DNA of 64,000 nt from NCBI GenBank assembly GCA_032718475.1, contig JAUCBJ010007209.1, positions 1 through 64,000 of the forward strand, given 5' to 3'. The position numbers and the translations under genes are program-made. Below are positions 35,829 through 49,194 of the stretch, piece by piece; position 1 is the stretch's first letter; each line of letters starts with the position of its first letter. The notes beneath the pieces were generated by a model. That model saw nothing but the letters and a program-made list of their open reading frames with translations. It searched no databases and had not been told where the DNA came from. The stretch comes from Nemertoderma westbladi (lineage: Eukaryota; Animalia; Xenacoelomorpha).

Positions 35829-37611
35829 CTATATTTTTGTTAAGTCTCTCAGTTTTGGGTCAGTGTTTGTGAGTCTTAAAAACTTCCCAAAAGAATCATC
35901 TGATGCAGCACTACTACCAGTCTTTTCCCCCGATTCTGTTGCGAATGACAACGACCTATCGGAGTCGATCTCCGTAGACGGTGAGTAGATTCCGCTCCGC
36001 TCCAGGTGCACCAAGCGCTGTCTCAACGAGTTCAAACGTAACTCGTTCTCGAGCCTCCCCTCGCCGTACTCGGTCGTAAAAGGGAACCCACTGTCAGTGT
36101 GTCTCGTGTCTGTTGACTGCCCGTCGCCGTGCTCTGCCATAAAAGGCGACACATTGTATCTGTCTGGGGGTCCCGAGTCTGTGGTCTGGTTGAGTCTACG
36201 TTTTAACCTCTCGGCGGCCGCATCGAATAAACTTTCACAGTCAAAATCGTCACATTTTACGTCGATTAGTTCCAAACCCGTACTAGAAGCATCGACTGTG
36301 TTGTAGTTGGATGATTCCTGTGACTCCTGGCTTTCAAATGATGTCACACCCAAATTGAGGTGATTCAAATTAAAATAATAAGGCATAGAATTAATAGACT
36401 CTATTGATGCGTCATTATCGCGCACACCAACAGATTCTACCTCCAATGGACAATCTGGTAATATTGGATCCAGCCAAACCATTGTGTCAGACACCACCGT
36501 AATATTCCCAGACTTTGTTACACAGTCATTACTTCTCGCGCTCCGTAGAAGCTTCGAATCGTCGCTTATACTTAGTTTATCTGTATCCCCTGGAGATTCG
36601 TGTGGGTGCAACTCAATGAATTGGTCCGTTATAACGGAAGAATTAGGAGTCCTACTAATAATGGAATCCGAATTACTCGCGAAGTGATCCACATCAGACT
36701 TATTGGCTTTGGAATCAGCTGATTCCTCGAGTTCGATGTTTGTTTCGAAACAATTTGGCGAGGTTGGCGGATGATATGAGCTCGGCTCCTCCAGGAAGAA
36801 TGTTTCACTTTCCGACGCTGAACTGTTGGGATCCAAGACGGTGGGTCCCTCTACAGCCGTCGCCGATGCCTCAGTGAAGGGGTTCGTCGACTCATATAAA
36901 CTCGGTTCATCCCGTTCTAGAACACCATTAAACGTCGGTTGATCTACGAAGCCGTCCGTACTAGTACTACGTTCTAGAACCGCACTGCCACTGGGTGTTT
37001 CTTCTGTCCCTTGTCGCGGGCTCTCATTGTCTTCCTCGAATCCCACGGCCTCAGATATTCCGTACAACGTATCGTTCGATTCGCTATCGTCGCTGCTAAA
37101 CTTCGACGACTTCCGGGATTCTTCATTAATGACGTCATCTTTATTAATAATTTCTTCGTCACGCGGAGAGTCCTCAGACAGCAACAATGAGTTTTCACTG
37201 GAATCCGATGACTCACTATCCGCCTCGGTAAAGTCCTCGTTCATGCTGTTGATATGGTTTTGCATTCGCTTTAATAAATTAGAAATACCCGACGTCTTAC
37301 TTGCCGTTTCGCTGTCGTCCGAAGGGGCGGGAAAACGCGTATTAAATGCGGATTTTTTACCATGACGTGACGTCCCTCGATGTTCGCTAATCTTGCCGCT
37401 GTGTTTCCCGTATGTTTCTTTGTCTTTCATGACTAGCCGCTTCAACCTTTCCCTGTCGTCCTTGGCGGCTTCCAATGCCTCTCTGTAGCGCCGTTTTAAT
37501 CTTGTGTTTTCCATTGTTAGACGAAGTATGGCATCCTGTTGCTCGCGAATAATCCCTCTGAGGTCGTCCACGGTGGCGCCGGAAATGACGTCATTATCAA
37601 ACTCGGCAACA
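35829..37611 (-). CDS. Large exon encoding a coiled coil plus a long acidic Ser-rich disordered tail; candidate alternative terminal exon of the TTC28-like gene, or an independent nested gene
   Basis: Open for about 600 codons. The acceptor cgtttcag at 37612 is phase 2 and matches the donor at 38341, giving a 672-aa product. Coiled coil LRGIIREQQDAILRLTMENTRLKRRY. Confidence 0.7.
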
Positions 37612-38341
37612 CTGAAACGAATACGGTTGTGCGGCAGTTTGGAATTTGTTGAAACATAAAACTTTAAGCCCAAAACCAAGTCGAGCTCCATAACAAACAA
37701 ATAATTTAAATATAGAATTCGGATTGAAAGAACATCGTAAAAATCAACATTACATACTACGAATATATATTATTTAATTTATTTTACGCAAAACAACTTG
37801 CAATTTGTTTTAAAACAAATGTCTATATTAAAATTCATAATCCATTCAGTTCAGGGAACTGCCTTTACTTATAATTTTTTTATTTTTACTATTAAATTTA
37901 AAAATTATTATTACTATTATTACTACTTACAGGGAAGATAAGAAGTTTAATATAACGCAGTTTTGAAGCGTCGGGGTTTTTCGACTTGTCGGGGAATAAT
38001 CAGTCAGGGAAATACAATAAAAATTCTTCCCTTTCCAGGGAAAATTAACGCAAATAACAGCTGAATACGGCTGAAACTGTGGTCTTGTAACCTTATTTTT
38101 CTCCTTAATTGATAATAATTAACATTGTTAATTTGCCCAGAATGGATGTGCGTTAATACCCCCCCCCCCCCCCCCCGTACATCCCATCTCCTAATCTGTG
38201 ACTTTATTCCGAGAAGTATCAGCAGATATCTCTTCTCAGAGCCAACAAGAAACTACCTGTGTGTCCCATGCTCTGGCCATAGTCGTATCGTGATTTTCAC
38301 TAATAATAACTGGATAAATCAAACTATGGATAACTACCCAC

Positions 38342-38463
38342 CTTGATGTCAATAAGCCTTTGTTATTCCCGTCTATTTCCAGCGCATCCGAATAAGCCTC
38401 TATTGCAGAATTGTAATCCCCATTCACCGCCGCTCTATCGCCACGCTCTTTCAATTTAATAAC
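38342..38463 (-). CDS. TPR-repeat protein (TTC28-like), exon 2
   Basis: Acceptor ccgctag and donor gtgggt. VIKLKERGDRAAVNGDYNSAIEAYSDALEIDGNNKGLLTS is a canonical TPR. Confidence 0.8.
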
Positions 38464-39225
38464 CTAGCGGTAATAAACAAATACAATAAAATATGGTACT
38501 ATCTGAATCTGTGCATAACATGCAGTAATGGCGGCGGCCTGTCAGCCAAACATAGCGGGAGGTTTTACTTTTAAGGATAACTATTGGGATAGGATGCGCT
38601 GTTTATACTCCAGGATAATTCCGCCTACCGCCTACCGGTAGTTACCATGGAACAACGGAGAACCACCATGATGTGTAACCAGTCCGAGTGCCATTGAACG
38701 ACGCCTATCAAATACGCCAACAAGACTTCCATTCTTCACTGGTTGATAATTGGGAAATAAGGCAACTTGACTTGGGTTACCTGAAGGAGGAGTTTACTGT
38801 GGGAGGAGGTCACGCATAGTTTTGAACACGGAATCCCTCTTGGATGAATAAGTAGAAAGGTTTTGCATTCTTCCCGATAGCACAAGTTGGCAGTAGTTGT
38901 GAAGTAAATAATTTAAAATGTTTTATGCATACGGCACGGTACAACTGAGAAGTAATGCTAAATATTAGGGAGAGGCTTTATAAGGCCTACTAGTTACCTA
39001 AGGAAACAATACTAATACTAATAACTAAATCAGATAATAATTAAATTAATTATTAAATCCTTAGTAAACCGATAGAAAGGTAGGATAATGTACAGATTAC
39101 TGGTAAACTGACATAGCTGATTCAAATAACAATAATGTAGATAGATATATATTAAAATAGATTAAAATATCTATACTAAAAAAGATATAGGTCCCTAGAT
39201 ATTTGTCCTTATTGGGCAAACTAAC

Positions 39226-39339
39226 GTTGAATGCTTCCTCCTCCTCTGGAATTTCCGTGTCGACAGAACCGCCCAAGTTGCCGAGGTACGGCTGTCTTTC
39301 CGGGGGAACATTACGAAACGAGGCTGAATAGGAATCCAT
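39226..39339 (-). CDS. TPR-repeat protein (TTC28-like), probable first coding exon
   Basis: ATG at 39339, 38 codons, donor gttagt. Phase 0 matches exon 2. Confidence 0.6.
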
Positions 39340-40665
39340 TACGATTTATTGAATTTTTTAATTCATTCAGGGATTTACTAATTTGGTTATTTATAAAGAT
39401 AACTTTAAAATAGCAATTAATTCATTAATAGAGTTGGTATACCGGATGTCAGTACAGTGTACAGCATTTTCAGTATCGGAATATGGACAGCGGTAGCGTG
39501 GTCTACCTACAGCAGCAGAATATACCGGAAAACCGCCCGGCTACAATGCCCATATACCGGTAAATATTGAAGTAGCGAAACTGGACTATAGGCCTATTGT
39601 ATCAATCAATCAATCAATCAATCCGGGATGGCCCGGTCCATTGTTATTACCAATCAATAATATGAATAGCTTTAATATGTAGCACCCCAACACCAATAAA
39701 CAGAAGATACAGTGTAATTGGAAAGAATACTGGTAGGGTGAATAATGAGACCACCCGGTTGCTTAGCTGTAGCAGTGCTAGTATAGCTAGCAACCGGGCG
39801 TTTAATCTTAAGCTATTGGGTTACATTGATAGAAATAAGCGAAAAAAGAAAAAAAAATATTCTACTCCAACGATGGCCTTACTCCAACTAGCAGGAATCT
39901 GCGCACGCTTCACATTTCAGCTAGGCCTATACGCTTGTATACAATGTTATACTGAACAGCTTATTGTTGTTACCTGTTTCTTAGCAACCAGCCTAAAACA
40001 TCAGCTGATTTCCGGTTCCAGCGTGATAATAGCTGTGTACCACGACGTGAAGTGAAGCGACGTAGGTTGATTTCACGAACGAAGGTGAGTGAATGTGTAA
40101 GTAGAGATTTCCGATCATAATATTTGAATAACTATATAGGCCGCAATTTGTGTTAACGTTGGACTTTATAAGAGTTACAGTGTGCTAAACTGATATTTAT
40201 CCTCTCTCTACGTTATACAGTATGTATTTACAAAAAATTTATCTCCTAAGTTAAAAAAAACATACCGCATGCTATGCATGTAAATTCCAACAAAATTCCA
40301 TGTAAAACCCCTAAAACAGAAACTTAGAACTCGCACACAAACAATGAAAAACTGAATGCATTATCAAGAGGTGAAGCCAGTAAAAGACACAAAAGTGTAG
40401 GCCTACTGTATATTTACACTTTGCATTTTTTTACATACTGTAGAGTTCGGCTGTTCATAACGGGAGCATAATAGCCTACCGTTAAGAATTTTCACTTTCA
40501 AGTAGGCCTAACTTTATTCAAGTTTAGTTATTCTGTAATGTAGTGTATGTAGGCACTAAATAATTTCCTATCTCTGCCTGCAACAGTACCGGTAGGCCTA
40601 CTCAACTAATTAATTAATCCTTAAGCTTCTAAAGCTTCTACAGTACTTAAATAGTAAAATACTTC

Positions 40666-40894
40666 GGGGGGGGACTGAATGCAATAAAAATTCATCCCTC
40701 TTCAGGGGAAATTCGACGCAAATAACAGATGATTACTCTCATAAATAAAGGTGTAACCTGTTGTATTGTGTTTAGTTTATTGTTTTGGTTAAAATAACGT
40801 GTCACTGTATCCTGCTCCTTTGTCTAAATTGAGAATTTAACATAGAATATTTAGAATATTAATTCGCCAAGGCGGGTTTTGCGTCCAGTTCCCC
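40666..40894. mobile_element. ~240-bp MITE with G-rich TIRs
   Basis: Aligns with 51731-51983. Partial copies lie near 35350-35470 and 38005-38115. Confidence 0.65.
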
Positions 40895-41703
40895 GGTTGG
40901 GGAATTCGATTACAGTCGGTAGTTATATCGGCATTCATATACTATACGGAATTCTAGAACAGACAGAATCCAACGTTGTTGGTCTATTTATAATCTATAA
41001 TATAATAATGGTCTATCTTTCTCGAAACGCCTCTTAAAGGAAACTTGCCTTGAAGATGCGGGACCAGAGTATTTTAGTTTCGACATGAAGTTCAAACCTA
41101 ATATTCATCCTTCAATGGTAACTAAAGAGAATACCAGTTTCCTCTGGTTATTACAGTTCTGGGGGGACAGCACTCGACTTAAGTGGTCAGAATTTTAGGT
41201 TCCAATCGCTGGCCAAATGGCTGAATAAAAGCAGTATATACTGTAGCTTATTGGCTTATACTTTTATTAAGCCGGCACAGCATTCTACAGTACCATTTTA
41301 ATTATCCATTCCCCTGGATACAGATGTACCAACCTTTATCCATGTCTTCCCCATTGCACACAATGTCGACCTGTACCTACTTGGAAAGCCAAACTACCTT
41401 TAAAACCAGACATTATGGCACTTGGATATACCCGGAGTTAACGGTTTCATGCAACTCCCACCTTCAATTGACTTTGAACATACCGCGATTTGACCTCCCT
41501 TTGGGTTGATTGACAGAAGTACAACTCTGGTTTACAACAGCTGTGGTTTGGCGTGCCGTTTTCACATAAGCTCCATTCTAAGCAGCAGTCAAACTCTGTT
41601 CTATAAATGGCGCCGAAATACATATCACCAGCAACAGCCAGGAATACAATGGGAGTTATATGCAGTCAATAGCAAACACTGGCCAGTGCCCATATTTTGG
41701 CGT

Positions 41704-42872
41704 GGGTATACAGACGTTTCGGCCTAGGACGTTTCGGTCCAGGACGTTTCCGCCCGGACATTTCGGCCCGGACGATTCGGTCCGGACGTTTCGGCCCATG
41801 ACGGTAACTGAATGAAAAGGCTGACTTGTTTGATATGATAATAATTATTCATTAAAATTATAATTATTTCACAATAACATACAAACACTTAATAAAATAT
41901 CTTTCATGAAATGGCTATTTAATTTACCTTTATTTCAAAATAAAATAAACATTAGGGAAGTGGTGCTCTGGTTCCATAGACAATTCGCCATCAATTATGT
42001 TATGCGGCCGAAAAAATGCAAGTCAGAACAAATCTATTGGTCTCGAGTACCACATTGCTAATATACTACTAAAGCGAATCAATTTCACGAACCATTTAGG
42101 GCTTAAATCTCGTCTGATCGATATATTTTGGAGATACTTCACATTAATTTTAAACATTACTCAATTGATAATTCTTCTAGCTGGACAGTGTATTGCAGCT
42201 ATGTCTTAATGATCTGCTGAAACAATAACTATCATCTTCGATGATAGATGATTTATACCCGTCGATTTATACGCATACATTTCATCTAAATTTAAATTTA
42301 ATACGCATATATTTTATCTCATTCCATATGACATCCAGTCTGTCTCTTAATTATTAGCAATGCCCCTTTAATGGAATATTTCATATCTATTATATTTTTA
42401 AGACCAACATTAAAATACAGTAATTTTAATTCGGTGTATTTTAATGTACTTCAATTATTGACTCACATTTTAAAATACGTATGTTTTTTTATGGGGGAAA
42501 CCCCATAATCATAACACTAAAGTTAATTTGTCAGCATATGTTATCTTTGTTTTAAGTTACAGTATGGTGTAAATTTATATTAATAAATAATAATAATAAT
42601 ATTACGTTAGTTATTATTTATAAATATAATGTAGAACTTCGATCTTGACGACTTTCAAACTGGTGTCGGAGCAGTTCCTACTGACAACTCCTCTCTTGTA
42701 ACGAACGTAACAACTACAAAACAAATATATTGAATAACTTATTATTAATAGCTTATTTAAGGGAGTAAATTGAATCTTTGGGCCAAAACGTCCGACAAGC
42801 AAATCTTGTATTTCATTCATTGGGCCGAAACGTCCTAGGCCAAAACGTCTTAGACCGAAACGTCTGTTACCC
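41704..42872. mobile_element. Non-autonomous TIR element (MULE- or Merlin-like) with subterminal GGACGTTTCGGCCC repeats
   Basis: TIRs GGGTA(T)ACAGACGTTTCGG. Perfect 8-bp TSD TTTGGCGT at 41696-41703 and 42873-42880. Confidence 0.85.
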
Positions 42873-44968
42873 TTTGGCGTGGCCGTATTTTCATGTGGTC
42901 GCTAAACTTGATTAAGTTTTCTTTAAGTAGGGATGCCATATAGGCCTACAATAACTTAAATAAATATAATAAATACAGTATAGAAGTGAGAAAAAGTATA
43001 TTATTTCCTAAACAAATTAATCATCAGTAATATAACGGCAATAGAAACAAGATCGCTATTATTTATATATTACAAATCGTGATGAAATTTATTGTATGCA
43101 AAAAGAATAGTATTTCTGTGGTTTTTAATTAATTTTTAATTTTATTTATTTATTTTATTAGCTTTTAATGTCACCGTTTTATAGTTTAATTTTAAAGTGT
43201 GAACTAATAATGTAATTTTAATCGAGTTCAGGATATTAAATGAGGATAAATACACTCTTGTTTACTAATAACTTATGTTAATAACCAGTACGTAGCTATA
43301 ATATTATTAATAACCAGTAGCTATAGCTACAGTATACTATTAACATGGCTCCAATTGCTACCATAAATAGAAGCTAACTTTTTTATAACAAAATTTATGT
43401 CACATTTTTACATTTAATTATAAGGCAACTAATTTAATTTGTGCAGTTTCTATCACTTATAATACTGTATATATACAATCATTTCGTAATGTTACAATTT
43501 TGGAATAAAACTACATACATAGTTGTTGCAAAGTACTTTACAGTGTTCTGATCCTCGTGGCTTTATTTTACTCACTCACTACGTTCGTTTGTGTAACTAC
43601 ATGTAGCTACTGTACTTTACACACAAGTATGTAAATAGATACTACTGTACTTAGTATTTAACTCTGTATTTACTCCATTTACCCCAGTATTTATTATTAG
43701 GCGATGACCTTCGTATATTTTGCAGTTGCAGACGTTCACTGCTTCATGTATTTGTCATATTTTTCGTATGTACAGTACAGTATATGCCATTTTGGAAGGC
43801 CTAAAATATAAGAGCTCTTGGGTTCACACTTTTTACCTATCTACCTTGCTTCCCTGCTTCTTACCTGTACAGCTTTCCACCTTGTGACAGAATAGTGGGA
43901 CCAGATAATATAAGAGACTGCGTCCCCCATCCACCGTCTTCGTGTAACCCTTACCCCTACCACCACCATACCATACCATGTACCCATGTACAGTACTGTC
44001 AGCATATTATCAATTGGAGTGTCGTTTCAGCCTATTTTAACATATTAACTTAATTTCGCGAATGTTTAATTTCGATATTCACCATTTAAGGTATCTTTTA
44101 AAAGAAAGTAGCAAGTTATAATGACATAAGCTTTTCTAACCAAAACAATAAAATAAATTTAGGAAGACAGATTGCAGTGAAATTTTTATTTCTAGGCATT
44201 AATTTTTCAATATTAAACTAATACTAATCGTATGAAAAGGCTGAAATGACACCCCAATTGTGCCTACGGTCAGGGTCACCCCAGGAGTCAGATGGCACAT
44301 GGCAGGACGGTACCTACCTACCTACCTACAGACCTACCTACCTACCTACAGACCTACCTACCTTCTACAGTAGCTAGTGCTGTAGTGCTGTAGCGAACCA
44401 CTCCACTAGCACTAACTGATTTGAAGTTGAAGTTTTTTATTACTCCAAAACACTATAGAAACAATAATAGCTGAATGGAGACGCAAATAGAAACAAATTA
44501 TATCTTCTTAAACTAAACAAACAAGACTCGACTATGTCAGTATGTAGGAGGTCACAAGTATAATATATTCACTAAGTATACAATTATTACAATTCACCAA
44601 TAAAATGAAATAATGAAATTATGAATGGGAGGATATGATGACACCAAATATTTTAGAATCGATTTCGAACGCAAACACGTACAGTACATTAAAATACGAG
44701 CACAAATGCATTACAAGTAAAGGTAGGACATACTGTAAAAGATTACATTCTATAAAACTTTTGATATGTTCAATAAAACATGGCAGTGGTTGACTACATT
44801 AAAACTTACTGCGGGGACTGCAGTACTCTGGTACTAACTGATTAACTGACGTACAAGTTTGCCACTCAGTCCACCCAACCCACAGTCCAGTAGGCCTAGC
44901 AGCGTAGGCAGCTGGGCCTATTGCAGTATTGGCTGGCATTGGTTTATTCTTATTGACGCACTGTAATA

Positions 44969-46008
44969 GGGTAAATCTTTTCGACCTACGCGTAGTTCGC
45001 AACATGTGGTCATATATCACCAGTTTCAGAGTTTTAACATTAACTACGCGTAGGTGCCACCCATAACTATGCCTATACGTCGCGTTTATCATTAGTAGGC
45101 CTACATATTCCAAGCGAGTCAGTACTAAAATAAGACAATACGGTATGTTCAATAAACAACCCACAACCATAAAATGCTTTCAACAGTAATGTATCCTATA
45201 CCTGTATAATACTCTATATAGAGGAATACGCTAAGACTACATATTCTTCACTTCATGCGTTACGGGTGCTAAAAATGTGTTACCGGTAATAATGTTTAGA
45301 GTTCAAAATTAGTTTACAAAGGAAATAGGCCGATGGTTCTTATCGATTCTCGATGCTTTTTATTGCCTTTGTTCACGATAGGGCAAGGATATATTTAATA
45401 TGTTAACCCCTTGACAAGGGAAGGGGGAGACTAAATTGTCTACCATGGTTTGTTGCACTTATTATTTGACCAAACAATTGAAATATATGCAGTATTTATC
45501 AGCTTTGGCTTAACCAATTCACCGGTAGACTGGTAGATTACTACTGTAGAATATTTAAATAATCCAATGGAAAAAAAGATACTTGAATCATGAGACGTGA
45601 ATTTTAAGTCTACTTTTTATTCATCCTGTGTTTGTATGTGAAAGAGCCGAATATTATTTATTTACCAGTGCTGTATGTAGAGATATGAGTTTCTGATTCT
45701 GTTATTCCATTTGTATGATAATCAGATACCTGACATATATACCGATACTTGCCTAACAACTCAACCCTACCGGACCTGAAATGAAAAAGTATTGTTATCA
45801 GGACTGCTACGCGTAGCACCTACGCGTAGTTTCAAAATACCTACGCGTAGTTCCAAAATAACTGCGCGTAGTTTTAAAACACCTACGCGTAGTTGTTAAA
45901 AAGGCGGTACTGCGGTAAGTCTGGCCCTACCGGTAAATGACAGGAATGGAAGTTACAAACTACTCGTAGCTACGCGTAGGCCTACGCGTAGGTCGAAAAG
46001 ATTTACCC
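44969..46008. mobile_element. Non-autonomous TIR element with CTACGCGTAG subterminal repeats
   Basis: Perfect 27-bp TIR GGGTAAATCTTTTCGACCTACGCGTAG. 8-bp TSD CTGTAATA at 44961-44968 and 46009-46016. Confidence 0.9.
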
Positions 46009-46620
46009 CTGTAATACTGTAATATGTAATAGACCTACCAGGCTGCCAGGTACCAGTCGCCAGTCTGCCAGTCCCAAAGCACAGAATCCTGCAGTCAGGC
46101 AGTCAGTCTGTCAGTACTCAGGCTCAGACTCTGGACTCAGACTGTCAACCATCGTCAGACTCAGACCAATCCAGCAATCCAGTCAGCCAGTTCTTCAGTC
46201 TACCACTGCCCAGCTGCCACCTGCCAGTAGGCTGGTAGGTGTAGAAGTAGCAGTAGACTAGACTAGTCTGCTGCTGCTAGGCTGCTAGGCCTACTGGTGT
46301 ACTGACTAATACAGTAGGTCTACCAGAACCAGAGCACCAGTACCGGTACTAGTCAGCTACTGTCAGAATGTACTGTACGGGTACCAGCGTTAGCTGTTAG
46401 CGTGCAGCCGTACCGTCAGACCGTACTGCTGTACAGCTGTACTGCCGTAGCATGGTAGCCTACCTAACTGCCTAATAATAGGCAGACAGGCCTATTATCC
46501 AGTTATCACAGTGCTACAGTGGGTGCAGTGCACAGTACAGCAGTTGCAGTAGTCAGGTAGTATCAGGCAGTCAGGACGCAGCTGAGCTGCGCAGGATATT
46601 TAGGCTGTTAGGCCTAACTG

Positions 46621-47034
46621 CAGTCAGGAACACTGGTCACAATATGTCCAATTTACAGCCAGAATGTGTCCGCGGAAAACGCTCTCAGAGTGAAATTTCT
46701 CCATAGAAAACAATGCTAAATTTCATTTGAAATCCGGCAGTGAAATTTTAACATTGGCATTCTAAAAATTATGCCATTAGAATCGCCATAAAATTCTGTA
46801 TAAATTAATTTGAGAATTAGAATCTCATCTTTGGGATAACTATCATAATATTAAAAATAAAAATGTGCCCAGCTTCTGCTTTGAGTACTAGTGGAGTTAC
46901 AGCCAAAATATGTCCGGAAATATAATCGCAGCCTGCGAAGGACAAATAGTGGCTGCACGGACACTTTCTGGCTGTGAATATGTGGACAATTTTTGGCTGA
47001 GCTTCAGCCAGAAAGTGACCAGTGTTCCTAACTG
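46621..47034. mobile_element. MITE with a 5-bp TSD, ~100 bp upstream of the CCT7 ATG
   Basis: TIR CAGT(C/T)AGGAACACTGGTCAC. TSD AACTG at 46616-46620 and 47035-47039. Confidence 0.75.
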
Positions 47035-47132
47035 AACTGCCTAATACAGTATCGCGTACCGGTAATAGGTGTTGACTGTTGACGAATAGCAATACTGCAA
47101 ATATAACTGTATAACGACAGAACGATACTAGG

Positions 47133-47222
47133 ATGATGAGGCCTCAAATAATTTTACTAAAGGAAGGAACTGATACCTCGCAGGGATTGCCACAACTTTT
47201 ATCTAACATCGGAGCATGTCAG
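47133..47222 (+). CDS. CCT7: T-complex protein 1 subunit eta, exon 1
   Basis: [30 protein letters not shown], followed by donor gtaatt. Confidence 0.93.
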
Positions 47223-47308
47223 GTAATTTTATTTATAGTCAGAAAATTGCTGTAGGCCTGGGACCCTATTGTAGATTAAGTACCGGTACCGTACTTAAGT
47301 TTAAGTGA

Positions 47309-47542
47309 GGCCCGGCACCCGGTTCTGGTTCACTTCACAGATACACTCTGCGGTGACAGCCTGACAGCGCGGTAGTTTTACGTCGCATTTTGAACACACT
47401 TTGGCAGCGCTGACACCGAGTTTTCACAGCGCCGTAACCCAAAACCGGAACGCTGTGATTGAACATGACCAGCCATTGCTATTTAACAGCGCTCTCACCA
47501 ACTGTCATTGCGAAGTCAGGAAGTGTATCTGTGAACTGGGCC
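47309..47542. mobile_element. PIF/Harbinger-like (Tourist) MITE in CCT7 intron 1
   Basis: TIRs GGCCC...TTCACAGATACACT and AGTGTATCTGTGAACTGGGCC, with TGA and TAA flanks. Confidence 0.55.
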
Positions 47543-48062
47543 TAAGCCTTAGTTTTACATGATGTACTGGCAGATGTGTGTGAGTGTGTGGCAGCTCTAG
47601 CAGTCTAGTCCTTGTAGCCTACTGCAGTAGTGAAATCATTAGAAAATGTGCGCATGCGCTACTCCGCTATTCATTTATAAAAAGCGTGAAGCGCCACCAG
47701 AGACTTGTTAGGTTGGTGTGGGTGGTTTATGTCACCCCACGGCCCAAATGTCCCACGAAGCACGGAGGTATTGCATTTGCATATAAAACGCATTTAAACG
47801 TTTATATTTAACGATAATTGCAGCTATCGACGTCAAGAAGGGTATACGGGCTTTTGAGTTAAGGACATTGTTAACGGCTGTAGGTTACGTACGGTCTCTC
47901 TAGAGGCTGAGAGGTAGTGCTAGTGCAGTCACACATCTGAGTCTAGGTCTTTATATTAAACGGGTTAATTTTCGAACTATTTAACACCTACTTACATTAT
48001 CTTTAGGCCTAACCTTACAGCCTTAATACAAGCAATATAAATATATAACTTATTTCATTAAG

Positions 48063-48239
48063 GTCGTTGCCGATTCTGTCCGCACTACTCTGGGACCCAG
48101 AGGGATGGATAAACTCATCGTCGACGCCCAAGGGAAAGCCACGATATCCAACGACGGAGCCACAATACTCAAACTATTGGAAGTTGTTCATCCCGCCGCT
48201 AAAACATTGGTTGAAATCTCACATTCTCAGGACGTTGAG
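48063..48239 (+). CDS. CCT7: CCT7 exon 2
   Basis: [59 protein letters not shown], with AG and gtgagt boundaries, phase 0. Confidence 0.95.
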
Positions 48240-49194
48240 GTGAGTAGTTTATTGTGTGGCTTTTTTATTATGAGAGAGATATTCACTAACTATTGTTGAT
48301 TTATTTAATTTCTTTTCTAGTATCGCTAATTAGTTAAATTATTCAAATAAAATTCGGCAACTTATTGTTTATCTATTTGTGTTTGTTAATTTCTTTATGT
48401 ATTTAATTTTTTTTTTTCTGACTGCTTCTTGTGGCCAGTGAGGGATTTAGGGGGGGGGGGGGGGGGGGGGCATTGGGCCATGCCCCCCCCCCCCCCCCCC
48501 CCTTGAGGGTACGGAGAAATTTCATTAAATATTGTAATATCTTTAAAATGCTTTGCCTTTCCAGCAAAGCAAAATATGTTAGTTACATTAGCAGCCCGAC
48601 CAGATAGGATTCACATTGTCTCATCCCAGGCATATGGGTAGCCAAAGAAAGGTTAACTTAGCTAAATATAAGAAGACTCCATCTAAATGTTGTAGCCCTC
48701 AGCAAGGGGAGCCTAATTGACCACAGCAGGAGGGCGCCTCATTGTTACTGCTGTTCAGCATCGTGGGTACAGTGTACTGTAGGGAACAGCATTGATGTTT
48801 TGACTCCACCTGTGTTTAAATAGTCTGACAGTGTTCAGTATTGCAATGCGCAAGATTGGTACGTAGCCCAATGTAATAATATAGTGATGTAAAGTAATCT
48901 TATTGAAGTGAACTGGGAGGCCACAGGCCAAGGCCATTATGTGGTCTGATTGGACAGAGCTTGTTAAGTCGCTGGTTATGTAATAACGGTTAATAGTCTT
49001 GTCAGATATCATACTGTCAATTGGATTACTATTATTTTAATATTATAGGGATCCTACTATTATAACGTTGATAGAGTATATAATTTTTTATGTATTCAAT
49101 GTATCTATTTAAATCTATTGTTTTAATAATCAGGGCCGGATTTAGGCATATAGGCCGAGTAGGCCGCCGCCTAGGGCCTCCCACAACGACGGGG

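Noticed and set aside
37612-37700. ORF-track start of the 623-aa ORF
   Set aside because: It is a non-ATG start in AT-rich sequence upstream of a good phase-compatible acceptor at 37612, so it is treated as intron.
38640-38945. Extra exon in TPR-gene intron 1
   Set aside because: Splice-like sites exist, but the frames hit stops or lack homology, and exons 1 and 2 already join in phase.
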